Positions 1 through 9,284 are shown, numbered from the stretch's first letter. The stretch: DNA of 64,000 nucleotides from an uncultured Gammaproteobacteria bacterium (GCA_964353785.1 CAYGWK010000001.1:26982-90981), one strand, 5' to 3'. Program-made: numbers and translations. Notes: generated by a model not told the origin, from the letters alone.

Positions 1-12
1 TAAAATAAAATC

Positions 13-1308
13 ATGAATCTTTTTCAGAAAGTGGCTATAAATACTTTGGTTCAAGGACTGGGAAGAGGCGGGGTGATTTTGGCAACGATTGTTACCACCG
101 CTATTTTGACTCGTTCTTTGGGAATTTCTGGTTATGGAAATTATGTTTTTGTAACTTCTTTTATTTTACTTTTTACCTCTATTTCCGATTGGGGAACAGG
201 AATGATTTCAATTCGAGAGGCAGCCAAAGACAAAAAAGAGGAAGAAAAGATTTTTGGCAATGCTTTAGTCTTCCGCTTTATTTTGGCTTTAGTCTCTTTT
301 TTATTAGTTAATTTTCTAATTAGATTTTTACCTCAATTTAAAACTCTTGCTTTGGCAACCACCATTGCCTCAATTTTACTTTTTCTTCACTCGCTTCGGA
401 CTTCCTGTCAGATTATTTTTCAAACCAAACTTCGGTTTGAAAACATTGCCGCAGCGGAGGTAGCGATCAGTTTTTCTTTTTTAATTTTCTTACTTTTGGC
501 TTTAAAATCCTTAACTCTTTATCAAGTTTTGCTTTTTTTAGTTTTTGCCAACTTTTTGGGAACTATCCTGGCATTTTATCTGGCGCAAAGACTGGCTAAA
601 TTTGAATTTTCTCCAGACCCAAAAATTATTAAAAAAATTTTCTTTGAAGCCTTGCCTACCGGTGCTCTTCTCTTGATTTTCTCAGTCTATAACAGGGTGG
701 ATATCATAATTTTGCAAGCCCTAAAAGGTTCAGAGCCAGTTGGGATTTATGGCTTGGCTTACAAGGTTCATGACAATTTAGTTTTGGGGGCAGCTTACCT
801 CGCCAATTCTTTATTTCCAATTCTCTCAAGATGCGCAGATGAGCGCAGATTAGGAAATAGATTAGCCTTGATTTACAAAAAATCTTTTGACGTTCTTTTT
901 TTAGCCGGGATAATCCTAGTGGTTTTGGTTTATATTTTTGCTCCTTTAATCGTAGCTATCGTTGGCGGCCCGCAATTTTTCCAAAGTGTGCTTGTGTTGC
1001 GGATTTTGGTTTTTGCCACTTTTGTTGCCTATTTTAATCATTTGACTGGCTATAGTTTAATTGCCTTAGGTAAACAGAAGGTCTCCTTAATAGTTGCCAT
1101 TATCGCCTTAGTCTGGAACGTTAGTCTTAATTTAATCTTTATTCCCCGATATTCCTATCTGGCGGCCGCCGCCATTACCATTGCCACCGAAGGTTTGGTT
1201 TTAATCTTAACCAGTGTTTATCTTGCTCGGAAATTTAATCTTAAACCGTCTTTTTCTTTTCCAAAAACTTTGGTTGAAATCATTAAAACTCATGGTAAAA
1301 TCTTTTAA
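13..1308 (+). CDS. Polysaccharide biosynthesis/export membrane protein (MOP/Wzx-type flippase-like)
   Basis: 431 aa, hydrophobic throughout with about 12-14 predicted TM segments; the N-terminal 'TLVQGLGRGGVILATIVTTAILTR' resembles the polysaccharide-biosynthesis (Wzx/MurJ superfamily) N-terminus. Confidence 0.55.
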   Translation: MNLFQKVAINTLVQGLGRGGVILATIVTTAILTRSLGISGYGNYVFVTSFILLFTSISDWGTGMISIREAAKDKKEEEKIFGNALVFRFILALVSFLLVNFLIRFLPQFKTLALATTIASILLFLHSLRTSCQIIFQTKLRFENIAAAEVAISFSFLIFLLLALKSLTLYQVLLFLVFANFLGTILAFYLAQRLAKFEFSPDPKIIKKIFFEALPTGALLLIFSVYNRVDIIILQALKGSEPVGIYGLAYKVHDNLVLGAAYLANSLFPILSRCADERRLGNRLALIYKKSFDVLFLAGIILVVLVYIFAPLIVAIVGGPQFFQSVLVLRILVFATFVAYFNHLTGYSLIALGKQKVSLIVAIIALVWNVSLNLIFIPRYSYLAAAAITIATEGLVLILTSVYLARKFNLKPSFSFPKTLVEIIKTHGKIF

Positions 1309-1317
1309 CTGTCAGAA

Positions 1318-1746
1318 ATGAAAAAAATTTCAGTTTTTTGTGACGGAGGGGCGAGGAGAAATCCTGGTCCGGCAGCCATCGCTTTTGTGGTTTCGGAAGA
1401 CGGAAAAATTATTTATAAATTTTCCAAAAAAATTGGCCAGACAACCAATAATGTGGCTGAATATCAGGCAGTAATAGAAGCCTTGAAGTGGCTAAAAGCT
1501 AATCAACTAATCAACCAATCAACTAATCAACCAATCAATTTTTATTTAGATTCTCAACTAGTTGTAAATCAACTTAATGGTTTTTTCAAAATTAAAGATG
1601 CTAAACTGCGAGACTTAATAATTAAAGCAAGAATTCTTGAGCAAGAAATTAGTGGAAAAATTTTTTACAATTTGATTTCTCGACGACAGAATAAAATGGC
1701 TGATACTTTAATTAATCAAAGTCTTAACGCGGTTTCACGTTGGTAA
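1318..1746 (+). CDS. rnhA: Ribonuclease HI
   Basis: 'CDGGARRNPGPAAIAFVV' (catalytic D at N-terminus) and 'TNNVAEYQAVIEALKWL' are classic RNase H motifs; carries an internal NQ-rich insert encoded by an octamer repeat. Confidence 0.75.
   Translation: MKKISVFCDGGARRNPGPAAIAFVVSEDGKIIYKFSKKIGQTTNNVAEYQAVIEALKWLKANQLINQSTNQPINFYLDSQLVVNQLNGFFKIKDAKLRDLIIKARILEQEISGKIFYNLISRRQNKMADTLINQSLNAVSRW
1501..1538 (+). repeat. Octanucleotide tandem repeat (ctaatcaa/ccaatcaa x4) inside rnhA, encoding NQLINQSTNQPIN
   Basis: Direct reading: aatcaa|ctaatcaa|ccaatcaa|ctaatcaa|ccaatcaa. Confidence 0.8.
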
Positions 1747-1753
1747 ACTTATA

Positions 1754-3670
1754 ATGTTTAAATCGGCAGATTTTCAAGAACCAGAAGATCTTTTTCACAG
1801 GGCAGAAAAAATTTTTCAAGAAGAAAAACCAAAACCAGAAAAGAAAAATTTTACTCTTCTTTTTGCTATTTTACTTATTCTTTTAATCTCTTCGCCATTG
1901 ATTTTTTTGGGCATAAATTTTTCGCTTTCAGCTTTTCGGATTAAACAAATCCAAAAATCAGTTCAAACTTTTGATTTAGTAAGAATGAGGAGTCAGGCAA
2001 AAAGCCTGGAGAAAAGTCTTGGCCGAGATATTAATTTTTTGGAGGTTTCAAATTCCCTCTTGGGCATTTTAGGATTTCAGGAAGAATTCTTGAGAATTCA
2101 AAACCTTCTTCTTTTTGGAAAAATAACTTCCGAGAGTCTTTATGAGCTGGCAGAAGTATCTTTAGGGGGAGAAAAAATTTTAAAGAAAGTTCTATCTGGC
2201 GAAGAAATCAGTCTTGAGGAAGATTTATTGGAGGCAAGCCTCGGAATTGATAAGGTCTATGAAAAAACCTCTTATGCCCAAGGGTTTTTGGACGAATTTT
2301 CAGGAAAAGAACCTCTGATTGGTCCTTATCTTTTAAAGGCTAAGAAAAGTTTGCCGAACTTCAGAAAAAATTTAATTATTGCCAGGGAAGTAGTTGATAT
2401 TATCCCCCAAGCCTTAGGAACGAAAGAAAGGAAAACTTATTTAGTTCTTTTTCAAAATAATATGGAAATTCGCCCCACTGGAGGCTTTATTGGCTCTTTT
2501 GGGCTTTTGACCTTTGAAAGGGGTCGCCTTTTGGATTTTGAAATTCAAGATGTTTACTTTGCCGATGGGCAACTCAAAGGTCACGTTGAACCACCAGCAA
2601 AACTTAAAGAATTTTTAGGTCAAGCCGGTTGGTATCTGCGAGATTCAAACTGGGATCCAGATTTTCCTGCTTCGGCCGAGCGAGCCGCCTGGTTTCTCGA
2701 TAAAGAAATCTCAAGACAAGTTGATGGGGTGATTGGAATTAATTTGACCGTGGCTCAAAGAATCTTGGAGAGCATTGGCGAGATAGAGCTTCCAGATTAT
2801 CCAGAGAAAATTTCGGCAAAGAATTTTTTTGAGAGGGCTGAGTATTTTTCTGAAGCAGGATTTTTTCCGGGCTCAACTGGTAAACAAGATTTCTTAGGTC
2901 AGGTTGGAAGAGTTCTTTTTGAAAAAATTAAAAACTCTGATGAAAAAACCTCATTTTTAATTGCCCGCGCCTTTTTGGCTTCTCTTGAAGAAAAAGACAT
3001 GACAATCTTTTTGAAAGATCCCCTAGAAGCTTCTGTTTTAGCAAAATTTAATTGGGACGGAGGGATAAAAAATGTCAAATGTTCCGCCACAGGCGGATCA
3101 AATGTCAAATGTTTGACAGATTACTTGTTTTTGGTTGAAGCAAATGTGGGAGTGAATAAGAGCAATTACTTTTTGAAGAGAAGTCTAGAACAAACGGTTA
3201 AGATCGGAGAAGACGGAAAAGTAAGCGAACGCCTAATTATAAATTACGAAAATCAAAGCCCATCAGAAGTTTTTCCGGCTGGAAGATATAAAAATTATTT
3301 GCGAATATATGTCCCAAAGGGAAGCACGCTTGGGGAATGTAAAATTGGAAATGAAGAATGCAAAATTGACCAAACTGAGGAGCATCAAAGAACTGTTTTT
3401 GGTTTTTTGGTTGAAGTGCCGGTTGGAGAAAAGAAAAAAGTTGAGATTTCCTGGGGTTTACCAAACTTGTTTGAGAAAGGCGAGTATGTTTTGCTTTTTC
3501 AAAAACAATCAGGAAGCGCAAGAGACAATCTTAGTTTATCAGTTTCTTATCCAGGAAATCTTTTCTTGATGGAAACCCAGCCCTCTGCCTTGACGGGGCA
3601 AGGTTTAATCATTTATAATACAACCTTGTCTCGAGACTTAGTATTTAGACTAAATTTTTTAAAAAAGTAA
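1754..3670 (+). CDS. DUF4012-like membrane-anchored protein
   Basis: N-terminal TM ('FTLLFAILLILLISSPLIFLGINF') followed by a large extracytoplasmic domain with 'MEIRPTGGFIGSFGLLTFERGRLLDFEIQDVYFADGQ', typical of the DUF4012 family found in CPR/Actinobacteria. Confidence 0.5.
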   Translation: MFKSADFQEPEDLFHRAEKIFQEEKPKPEKKNFTLLFAILLILLISSPLIFLGINFSLSAFRIKQIQKSVQTFDLVRMRSQAKSLEKSLGRDINFLEVSNSLLGILGFQEEFLRIQNLLLFGKITSESLYELAEVSLGGEKILKKVLSGEEISLEEDLLEASLGIDKVYEKTSYAQGFLDEFSGKEPLIGPYLLKAKKSLPNFRKNLIIAREVVDIIPQALGTKERKTYLVLFQNNMEIRPTGGFIGSFGLLTFERGRLLDFEIQDVYFADGQLKGHVEPPAKLKEFLGQAGWYLRDSNWDPDFPASAERAAWFLDKEISRQVDGVIGINLTVAQRILESIGEIELPDYPEKISAKNFFERAEYFSEAGFFPGSTGKQDFLGQVGRVLFEKIKNSDEKTSFLIARAFLASLEEKDMTIFLKDPLEASVLAKFNWDGGIKNVKCSATGGSNVKCLTDYLFLVEANVGVNKSNYFLKRSLEQTVKIGEDGKVSERLIINYENQSPSEVFPAGRYKNYLRIYVPKGSTLGECKIGNEECKIDQTEEHQRTVFGFLVEVPVGEKKKVEISWGLPNLFEKGEYVLLFQKQSGSARDNLSLSVSYPGNLFLMETQPSALTGQGLIIYNTTLSRDLVFRLNFLKK

Positions 3671-4405
3671 ATGGCAAATCCAAAACTTGAAGCCTCAAAA
3701 AGAAAAACGCTTGGAAGAAAGGTAAAAAAACTTCGAAGAGAAGGAATTTTACCCGCCAATTTATATGGAAAAAAGATAAAATCGCAATCACTTCAGATTT
3801 CTCTAAAAGACTTTCAAAAAATTTATCAAGAGACAGGAGAAACAGGACTTCTTGACTTAAAAATTGACTCAGAAACCCGGCCAGTTCTAATCCACAACGT
3901 TCAACTTCACCCAGTTTCAGGGGAGCCACTTCACGCTGATTTTCGCCAGGTTTCCTTGACGGAAAAAACTGTGGCCACTGTTCCAATTGAAATTTCCGGA
4001 GAATCTCCGGCGATTGAGCAGGGAATTGGGGTTTTGATTCAGCCGATTTCCGAAATTGAGGTTGAGGCCCTGCCGCAGGATTTGCCTGAGCATTTGCTAG
4101 TTGATATTTCAAAGTTGGCTCAGGTTGATGATCAGGTGGCTGTCTCTGATATTCAAATTGATAGAAAAAAGATTGAAATAAAAGCCGACCTTGGGGCAAT
4201 TGTTGCCAAAATTGGACGTTTAGAGAAAGAAGAAGTTGCTCCTCCACCACCGGTTGAAGAGGCAGTGCCAGCCGAAGGTGAAGTCCCAGCCGAAGAAGCC
4301 GCTCCAGCGCCTGAAGGTGCTCCAGTTGAAGAGGAAGCCAAAAAACCACCCGAGGAAGAAAAACCTGGTAAACCAGAGGGTAAACCAAAAGAAGAGAAAA
4401 AGTAA
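3671..4405 (+). CDS. rplY: 50S ribosomal protein L25 / general stress protein Ctc, with a Pro/Glu/Lys-rich C-terminal extension
   Basis: 'RKTLGRKVKKLRREGILPANLYGKK...' is the L25/Ctc N-terminus; the central beta-barrel region is conserved; the C-terminus is low-complexity 'PAEE/KPEE'. Confidence 0.75.
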   Translation: MANPKLEASKRKTLGRKVKKLRREGILPANLYGKKIKSQSLQISLKDFQKIYQETGETGLLDLKIDSETRPVLIHNVQLHPVSGEPLHADFRQVSLTEKTVATVPIEISGESPAIEQGIGVLIQPISEIEVEALPQDLPEHLLVDISKLAQVDDQVAVSDIQIDRKKIEIKADLGAIVAKIGRLEKEEVAPPPPVEEAVPAEGEVPAEEAAPAPEGAPVEEEAKKPPEEEKPGKPEGKPKEEKK

Positions 4406-4408
4406 ATT

Positions 4409-4417
4409 TGCTATAAT
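4409..4417 (+). promoter_or_regulatory. Extended -10 box TGcTATAAT placed 7 nt before the ATG at 4425 (candidate leaderless start)
   Basis: tttgcTATAATtaaaccaATG read directly. Confidence 0.4.
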
Positions 4418-4424
4418 TAAACCA

Positions 4425-5405
4425 ATGGAAGAAAAACCTGCCGAATTACCAATTAGTCCGCAAGAAGTTCAAATTCAGCCCCCGAATTTACTGGATAAAA
4501 TTAAAACTCATAAATTTAAGATTTTAGGTGGGGTTTTGGGAGTTTTGGTTTTTGTCGGAGCAGTTTTCGGGGCTTATAAACTCGGACAAAGACAAGTTTG
4601 GGTAGGTCCTCAACCAACACCTACACCAATAGTAGTTGCTACTCCAACTCCCGATTTAACCGCAAACTGGAAGACTTATAAAAACGAAGAAGCAGGAATC
4701 TCTTTTAAATATCCTAATGATTGGACCGCAGAGCCTTTTAATGTTTCTGGATACGCTGCTTATCACGGAATTGCCAATTTAAAAATTAAAGGACGAGAAT
4801 ATGGCCCCGAGCCAGGCACAGTTTGGATAACTTACTGGGACAACCCAGACAATTTAGATCTCAAAGAATTTGAACAAAAATACACCGGCGCAAGTGGCAA
4901 GGGACCCGGATTGTATTACATTGAAGCAGAGAAAAGCACAATCTCGGGGGTCGCTAGTTATTATACGGAAAAAGCAGACTGCGAACCAGTGTTTTGTAGC
5001 AAATATATTGTTTCTTATAAAAATAAAATCTATGATGTTGCCATCTCTGGATCGGCCTCAATAGAAGAGGGGCAGATTGTTAACCTTATCCTCTCAACTT
5101 TTAAGTTTTTGGAGGAGTCTGCTTATAAATGCGTTGAGGAAAGTTCGCTAAATTGCGCCGAGGAGAAAGAATTATCTTTCCAATGTACTGAAGAATATCA
5201 AACTTGGGCCAGAGAAAATTGTCCGGGCTGGGAAGAAAAAGTTTATTGTCAAGACCCCAGACCCGAAGTTTGTACGATGGAATGTATTGTTAACCCTCCC
5301 TATATTTGTGGTTCAGATGGAAAATCTTATTGTAACGTCTGTGGAGCCTGCGCCGACCTGAAAGTTGACTGGTATGTGATTCAGGATAAGCCTTGCGGAA
5401 CCTGA
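4425..5405 (+). CDS. Membrane-anchored extracytoplasmic protein with PT linker and a C-terminal Kazal-like Cys-rich domain
   Basis: The ATG at 4425 follows the rplY stop, so the ORF-track N-terminal extension that overlaps rplY is rejected. TM 'ILGGVLGVLVFVGAVFGAY'; 'PQPTPTPIVVATPTP' linker; C-terminal 'CGSDGKSYCNVCGAC' fits the Kazal signature C-G-S-D-G-x-T/S-Y-x-N-x-C. Confidence 0.55.
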   Translation: MEEKPAELPISPQEVQIQPPNLLDKIKTHKFKILGGVLGVLVFVGAVFGAYKLGQRQVWVGPQPTPTPIVVATPTPDLTANWKTYKNEEAGISFKYPNDWTAEPFNVSGYAAYHGIANLKIKGREYGPEPGTVWITYWDNPDNLDLKEFEQKYTGASGKGPGLYYIEAEKSTISGVASYYTEKADCEPVFCSKYIVSYKNKIYDVAISGSASIEEGQIVNLILSTFKFLEESAYKCVEESSLNCAEEKELSFQCTEEYQTWARENCPGWEEKVYCQDPRPEVCTMECIVNPPYICGSDGKSYCNVCGACADLKVDWYVIQDKPCGT

Positions 5406-5406
5406 G

Positions 5407-5991
5407 CTACTTTATAATCTCTTCTAACTCTCTCGTTTCCTCGTAATTTGGGTCAAGCTCGAGAGCTTTTTGAAGGTTTTCTTGGGCTTTTTGGCGATTT
5501 CCTAATTTAAAATAATAAAGCGCCAAATGAAGATAGCCGTCGCGGTAGGTTGGAGTTTCCGAAACGACCCTTTCCCATTTTTCAACTAATTTTTGAAGTT
5601 CTTGGGGGTTTTCTTCTTGATATCTAAGCCAAAGCTCCTCAAACCAGGAGGTGGCGCCTAAAACAGATAGTTCATGGTTGATGGTTAATGATTGAGCGAT
5701 AGTTAACTCTTTTTCTGCTTCTTTAATTTGATTATTTTTCAAAAACTCTTCTGCCAAAATTAAATGGGCCTCAAAATCATTTGGGTTTTTCAAAACCCTT
5801 TCTCGAGCCATTTGAAATTTATCTTTAGGAAGAAAGAAAGAATAAAAAGTGATTAATAAAAGAAGAGCCACCCCAGCCGGCGCCCCCCACTTTTTGGCAG
5901 AACGATAAGCCTGACGTTCTCGCAGAGTTCGGATTTTTTGAATTTTGTTTTCAAACCAAGGCTTAAAACCTAAATTTTTCTTTTTGGCCAT
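5407..5991 (-). CDS. TPR-repeat protein with an N-terminal TM anchor
   Basis: TM 'GVALLLLITFYSFFL', followed by TPR-like helices ('AHLILAEEFLKNNQIKEAEKELTIAQ', 'LALYYFKLGNRQKAQENLQKALELDP'). Confidence 0.5.
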   Translation of the reverse strand: MAKKKNLGFKPWFENKIQKIRTLRERQAYRSAKKWGAPAGVALLLLITFYSFFLPKDKFQMARERVLKNPNDFEAHLILAEEFLKNNQIKEAEKELTIAQSLTINHELSVLGATSWFEELWLRYQEENPQELQKLVEKWERVVSETPTYRDGYLHLALYYFKLGNRQKAQENLQKALELDPNYEETRELEEIIK

Positions 5992-8177
5992 TTTGCAGAA
6001 ATTAAAAGACCCTTTTTTCCGGGCAATTTTTGGTAAATTTCTTCAGTAATAAAGGGCATAAAGGGATGTAACAGTTTAAGACTTGTGTCTAAGACCTGAA
6101 GTAAAATTGGTTGGGCTTCATTTCTTCTGGTTTTACTTGCCTCAATATATTTATCGCAAAACTTATGCCAGAAAAATTCATAAAGCTCTTCGGCTGCCTG
6201 ACCTAGTCTGAATTTTTCAATGTCATCAGTTACAGATTTTGCTGTTTTACCTAATTCCTCAAGAATCCAGCTATCGTCGGGATTAAGCGTTGATTTCCAC
6301 TGATGACCAGACTGATTTTCGCCGATTTGATCAGTGTTAATCCGTTTTGAATCTGCGGGAATCTGCGTAAAAACGAAGCGAGCCGCGTTCCAGATTTTAT
6401 TGCAAAAATTTCTCATCGCTTCTATTTTTTCTTCAGACAAAGCCAGGTCTTTGCCTGGGGTTGAGCCAAAAACCAGAGCCATCCGCAAAGCGTCAGTGCC
6501 ATAAACTTTTATGACATCCAAAGGATCAATAACATTGCCTTTACTTTTTGACATTTTTTGACCAAAAGCATCCCGAACCAAACCATGAAGAAAAACAATT
6601 TCAAAAGGAACTTTTTTTGTTCGATAAAGGCCAAGCATAATCATTCTGGCGACCCAGAAAAATAAAATCTCATAACCTGTTTCCATCACCGAAGTGGGGT
6701 AAAAGTATTTATAATCAGAAGAATCAGGAAAACCCAAGGTGGTAAAAGGCCATTGACCAGAGGAGAACCAGGCATCTAGCGTATCCGGGTCTTGAATTAA
6801 TTTTTTATTTTTGCATTTTGGACACTGCCTTGGTTTTTTAACTGAAGCAATAATTTCTCCACAGCCTAGTTCCTCAATTTTTGCCAAATCTGGGTTCATT
6901 AATTTTTGCAAAGTTGATAAATTTTCTGCCCCGCAGTACCAAATGGGAATTTGGTGGCCCCACCAAAGTTGGCGAGAGATACACCAATCGCGGATATCTT
7001 TCATCCACAAAAAATAATTTTTTTCAAATCTCGAAGGGATAATTTTGATTTTTTTACTTTTAACCATAAAGGCTGCTTTTCGGGCAAGGGGTTTGGTTTT
7101 GACAAACCACTGTAAAGAAACTTGAGGTTCACTCACGGTTTTGCATCTTTCACAATGTCCAACCGAATGAGTATAATCTTCGATTTTTTCAAGCAAACCT
7201 TTAGCCTCTAAGTCTTGGATGATTTTTTCTCTGGCTTTCAAAACCTCAAGCCCAGCATATTTTCCTCCCTTTTGGGTCATTTTATTATCAAAACCAATAA
7301 CCTGGACTGCCGGAAGTTTATTTTTTTGGCCAATTTCAAAATCGGCTGGATCATGGGCCGGGGTGACTTTAACCGCTCCTGAACCAAATTCAGGGTCAAC
7401 GCTTTTGTCAGCCACAATGGGAATTTCTCGATGCATTAAAGGCAAGGCTACAGTTTTACCAATCACCTCTTTATATCTTTTGTCCTTTGGGTTAACCGCC
7501 ACGGCTGTGTCCCCAAGCATGGTTTCGGGTCTTGAAGTGGCGACGGTGATAAATTTATCCTCGTTTTTGAAGACATAGCGAATAAACCAAAGCTTAGTTT
7601 TTTCTTCTTTGTGTTCAATCTCTAAATCTGATAAAGCGGTTTGACAGCGGGGACACCAGTTTATGATTCTTTCTGAGCGAAAAATCAAATCCTTTTGATA
7701 CATTTTGACAAAGGTTTCAAGAACAACCTCTGAAATTTTTGGGTCTAAGGTGAATTTTTCTCGTTGCCAATCACAAGAAGCGCCTAAGGCCTTCATCTGG
7801 TCGTACATTGTTTGTTTATTAGAAAGAGTAAATTTAAGAATTTCCTCATAAAACTTTTCTCTCCCTAAATCAAATCTTGTTTTTCCTTCTTCGGCTAGTT
7901 TTTTCTCAAAAACAACCTGGGTCAAAATTCCGGCGTGGTCGGCTCCGGGAAGCCACAAAGTAGGTTCGTCAAGCATGCGGTGAAAGCGAACGAGTAAATC
8001 TTGAATGGCGACAAATCTGGCGTGACCAATATGAAGGGGAGCGTTGGCATTGGGCGGAGGCATGATGATAGAAAAAGGCTTTTTGCCAATTTTTATTTTT
8101 GGAGAAAAAGCCCTGGACTCTTCCCACATTTGATAGATTTTTTTCTCCACTTTTTGCGGCTGGTAAACTTTTTCCAT
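5970..8177 (-). CDS. valS: Valyl-tRNA synthetase (short form lacking the C-terminal coiled-coil)
   Basis: 'PPPNANAPLHIGHA' (HIGH region in a ValRS-type context), 'KMSKSKGNVIDP'; ValRS-like editing and anticodon-binding regions; 735 aa. Confidence 0.85.
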   Translation of the reverse strand: MEKVYQPQKVEKKIYQMWEESRAFSPKIKIGKKPFSIIMPPPNANAPLHIGHARFVAIQDLLVRFHRMLDEPTLWLPGADHAGILTQVVFEKKLAEEGKTRFDLGREKFYEEILKFTLSNKQTMYDQMKALGASCDWQREKFTLDPKISEVVLETFVKMYQKDLIFRSERIINWCPRCQTALSDLEIEHKEEKTKLWFIRYVFKNEDKFITVATSRPETMLGDTAVAVNPKDKRYKEVIGKTVALPLMHREIPIVADKSVDPEFGSGAVKVTPAHDPADFEIGQKNKLPAVQVIGFDNKMTQKGGKYAGLEVLKAREKIIQDLEAKGLLEKIEDYTHSVGHCERCKTVSEPQVSLQWFVKTKPLARKAAFMVKSKKIKIIPSRFEKNYFLWMKDIRDWCISRQLWWGHQIPIWYCGAENLSTLQKLMNPDLAKIEELGCGEIIASVKKPRQCPKCKNKKLIQDPDTLDAWFSSGQWPFTTLGFPDSSDYKYFYPTSVMETGYEILFFWVARMIMLGLYRTKKVPFEIVFLHGLVRDAFGQKMSKSKGNVIDPLDVIKVYGTDALRMALVFGSTPGKDLALSEEKIEAMRNFCNKIWNAARFVFTQIPADSKRINTDQIGENQSGHQWKSTLNPDDSWILEELGKTAKSVTDDIEKFRLGQAAEELYEFFWHKFCDKYIEASKTRRNEAQPILLQVLDTSLKLLHPFMPFITEEIYQKLPGKKGLLISAKWPKRKI

Positions 8178-8186
8178 TGAGGATAA

Positions 8187-9284
8187 TTATACTTCACCAG
8201 TAATTGTCAGTCCAGGCTCAACTTTAATTTTCTGCTCCGCCAAAGGCGGACAGGCAATAATTGGTTTGAAGTTGAAATAAGCAAAAGAAGAAACGTAGGC
8301 AGCATTATCAGTACAGAGCGCAGGAGCGGGTATGAATAATTGATAATTAGATGATTGGATAATTAGATGATTGGATAATTTTTCTCTTAATCTCTTATTT
8401 GCCGCCACCCCACCAGCTAAAAGAATTGATTTGACCTTATATTTTTCCGCTGCCCGGATGGTTCTTTCCACCAAAACATCGGTAATTGCCTCCTGGATCT
8501 CAAAAGATAATTGTTGAATGGTTAAATGGTTAAATTGTTGATTGGTTTTTAAACTTTGAACCTCGCGAATAACGGCTGTCTTAAGGCCTGAAAAAGAAAA
8601 GTCAAAATTTTCCTCCTCAATCATCGGCCTGGGAAGACTAATTCCTAATTCCTGATTCCTGTTTCCTAACCTTACTGCCGCAGCAGCAATCGCTGGTCCT
8701 CCTGGATACCCTAGCCCTAAAACCCGAGCGCATTTATCAAAACATTCACCCGAAGCATCATCTCTTGTTCCTCCGAGCCAGCGAAGTTTACCCCGACCTT
8801 TGGAGGGGTGATTTTTCATTAAAACCAAATCAGTATGGCCGCCGGAAACAACTAAGGCGATGGCGGGAAATTCCGGTTTTGATTCCAACCAATTCGCATA
8901 AATATGAGCCACCAAATGATTAACGGGTATGATTGGTTTTTTCCAAACAAGGCTTAGGGTTTTAGCGGTTTCAACTCCAACCAAAAGCGAACCGATGAGT
9001 CCGGGACCGATGGTGACGGCGATGGCGTCAATGTCATCGTGATACGTGATACGAGACACGTGAGACGTTTTACGTATTGCGTTTTGCGTATCACGTATTG
9101 CCTCCTTAATTACCGGAATTATGCAGCGGATTTGCTCCCGAGCTGCCACCTCCGGAATAATCCCCCCAGTTTTTTTATGAAGTTCAACCGAAGAGGCGAT
9201 GACATTGGATAAAATCTTTGTCCCATCCTCTACGACTGCCGCCGCCGTCTCATCACAGGAGGTTTCAATTCCTAAAATTCTCAT
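8187..9284 (-). CDS. tsaD: tRNA N6-adenosine threonylcarbamoyltransferase TsaD (Kae1/Gcp family), with three low-complexity in-frame inserts
   Basis: 'MRILGIETSCDETAAAVV', 'GGVAANKRLRE', 'LVVSGGHTDL'; inserts encoded by the repeat tracts at 8342-8380, 8641-8670 and 9039-9101. Confidence 0.85.
   Translation of the reverse strand: MRILGIETSCDETAAAVVEDGTKILSNVIASSVELHKKTGGIIPEVAAREQIRCIIPVIKEAIRDTQNAIRKTSHVSRITYHDDIDAIAVTIGPGLIGSLLVGVETAKTLSLVWKKPIIPVNHLVAHIYANWLESKPEFPAIALVVSGGHTDLVLMKNHPSKGRGKLRWLGGTRDDASGECFDKCARVLGLGYPGGPAIAAAAVRLGNRNQELGISLPRPMIEEENFDFSFSGLKTAVIREVQSLKTNQQFNHLTIQQLSFEIQEAITDVLVERTIRAAEKYKVKSILLAGGVAANKRLREKLSNHLIIQSSNYQLFIPAPALCTDNAAYVSSFAYFNFKPIIACPPLAEQKIKVEPGLTITGEV
8342..8380. 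repeat. 16-nt tandem repeat (gataattagatgattg x2.4) inside tsaD
   Basis: Direct reading. Confidence 0.8.
8641..8670. repeat. Heptanucleotide tandem tract (attccta/attcctg/attcctg/tttccta) inside tsaD
   Basis: Direct reading; encodes 'LGNRNQELGI'. Confidence 0.8.
9039..9101. repeat. GTGATAC-type heptamer tract plus inverted repeat (gtgatacg...cgtatcac) inside tsaD
   Basis: gtgatacgtgatacgagacacgtgagacg...tacgtattgcgttttgcgtatcacgtattgc; encodes 'AIRDTQNAIRKTSHVSRITYH'. Confidence 0.8.

Noticed and set aside
3645-4388. 247-aa minus-strand ORF antisense to rplY, and similar antisense ORFs inside groEL (19051..19365), valS (6811..7017, 7219..7578), the T4CP-like ATPase gene and the Cys-rich genes
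   Set aside because: They overlap well-supported genes on the opposite strand, have low-complexity or biased composition and no motifs. They are typical shadow ORFs
4236-4424. N-terminal extension of the Kazal-protein ORF overlapping rplY (ORF track start 4236)
   Set aside because: It overlaps the 3' end of rplY in another frame. An ATG at 4425 with an extended -10 immediately upstream gives a sensible TM-anchored protein
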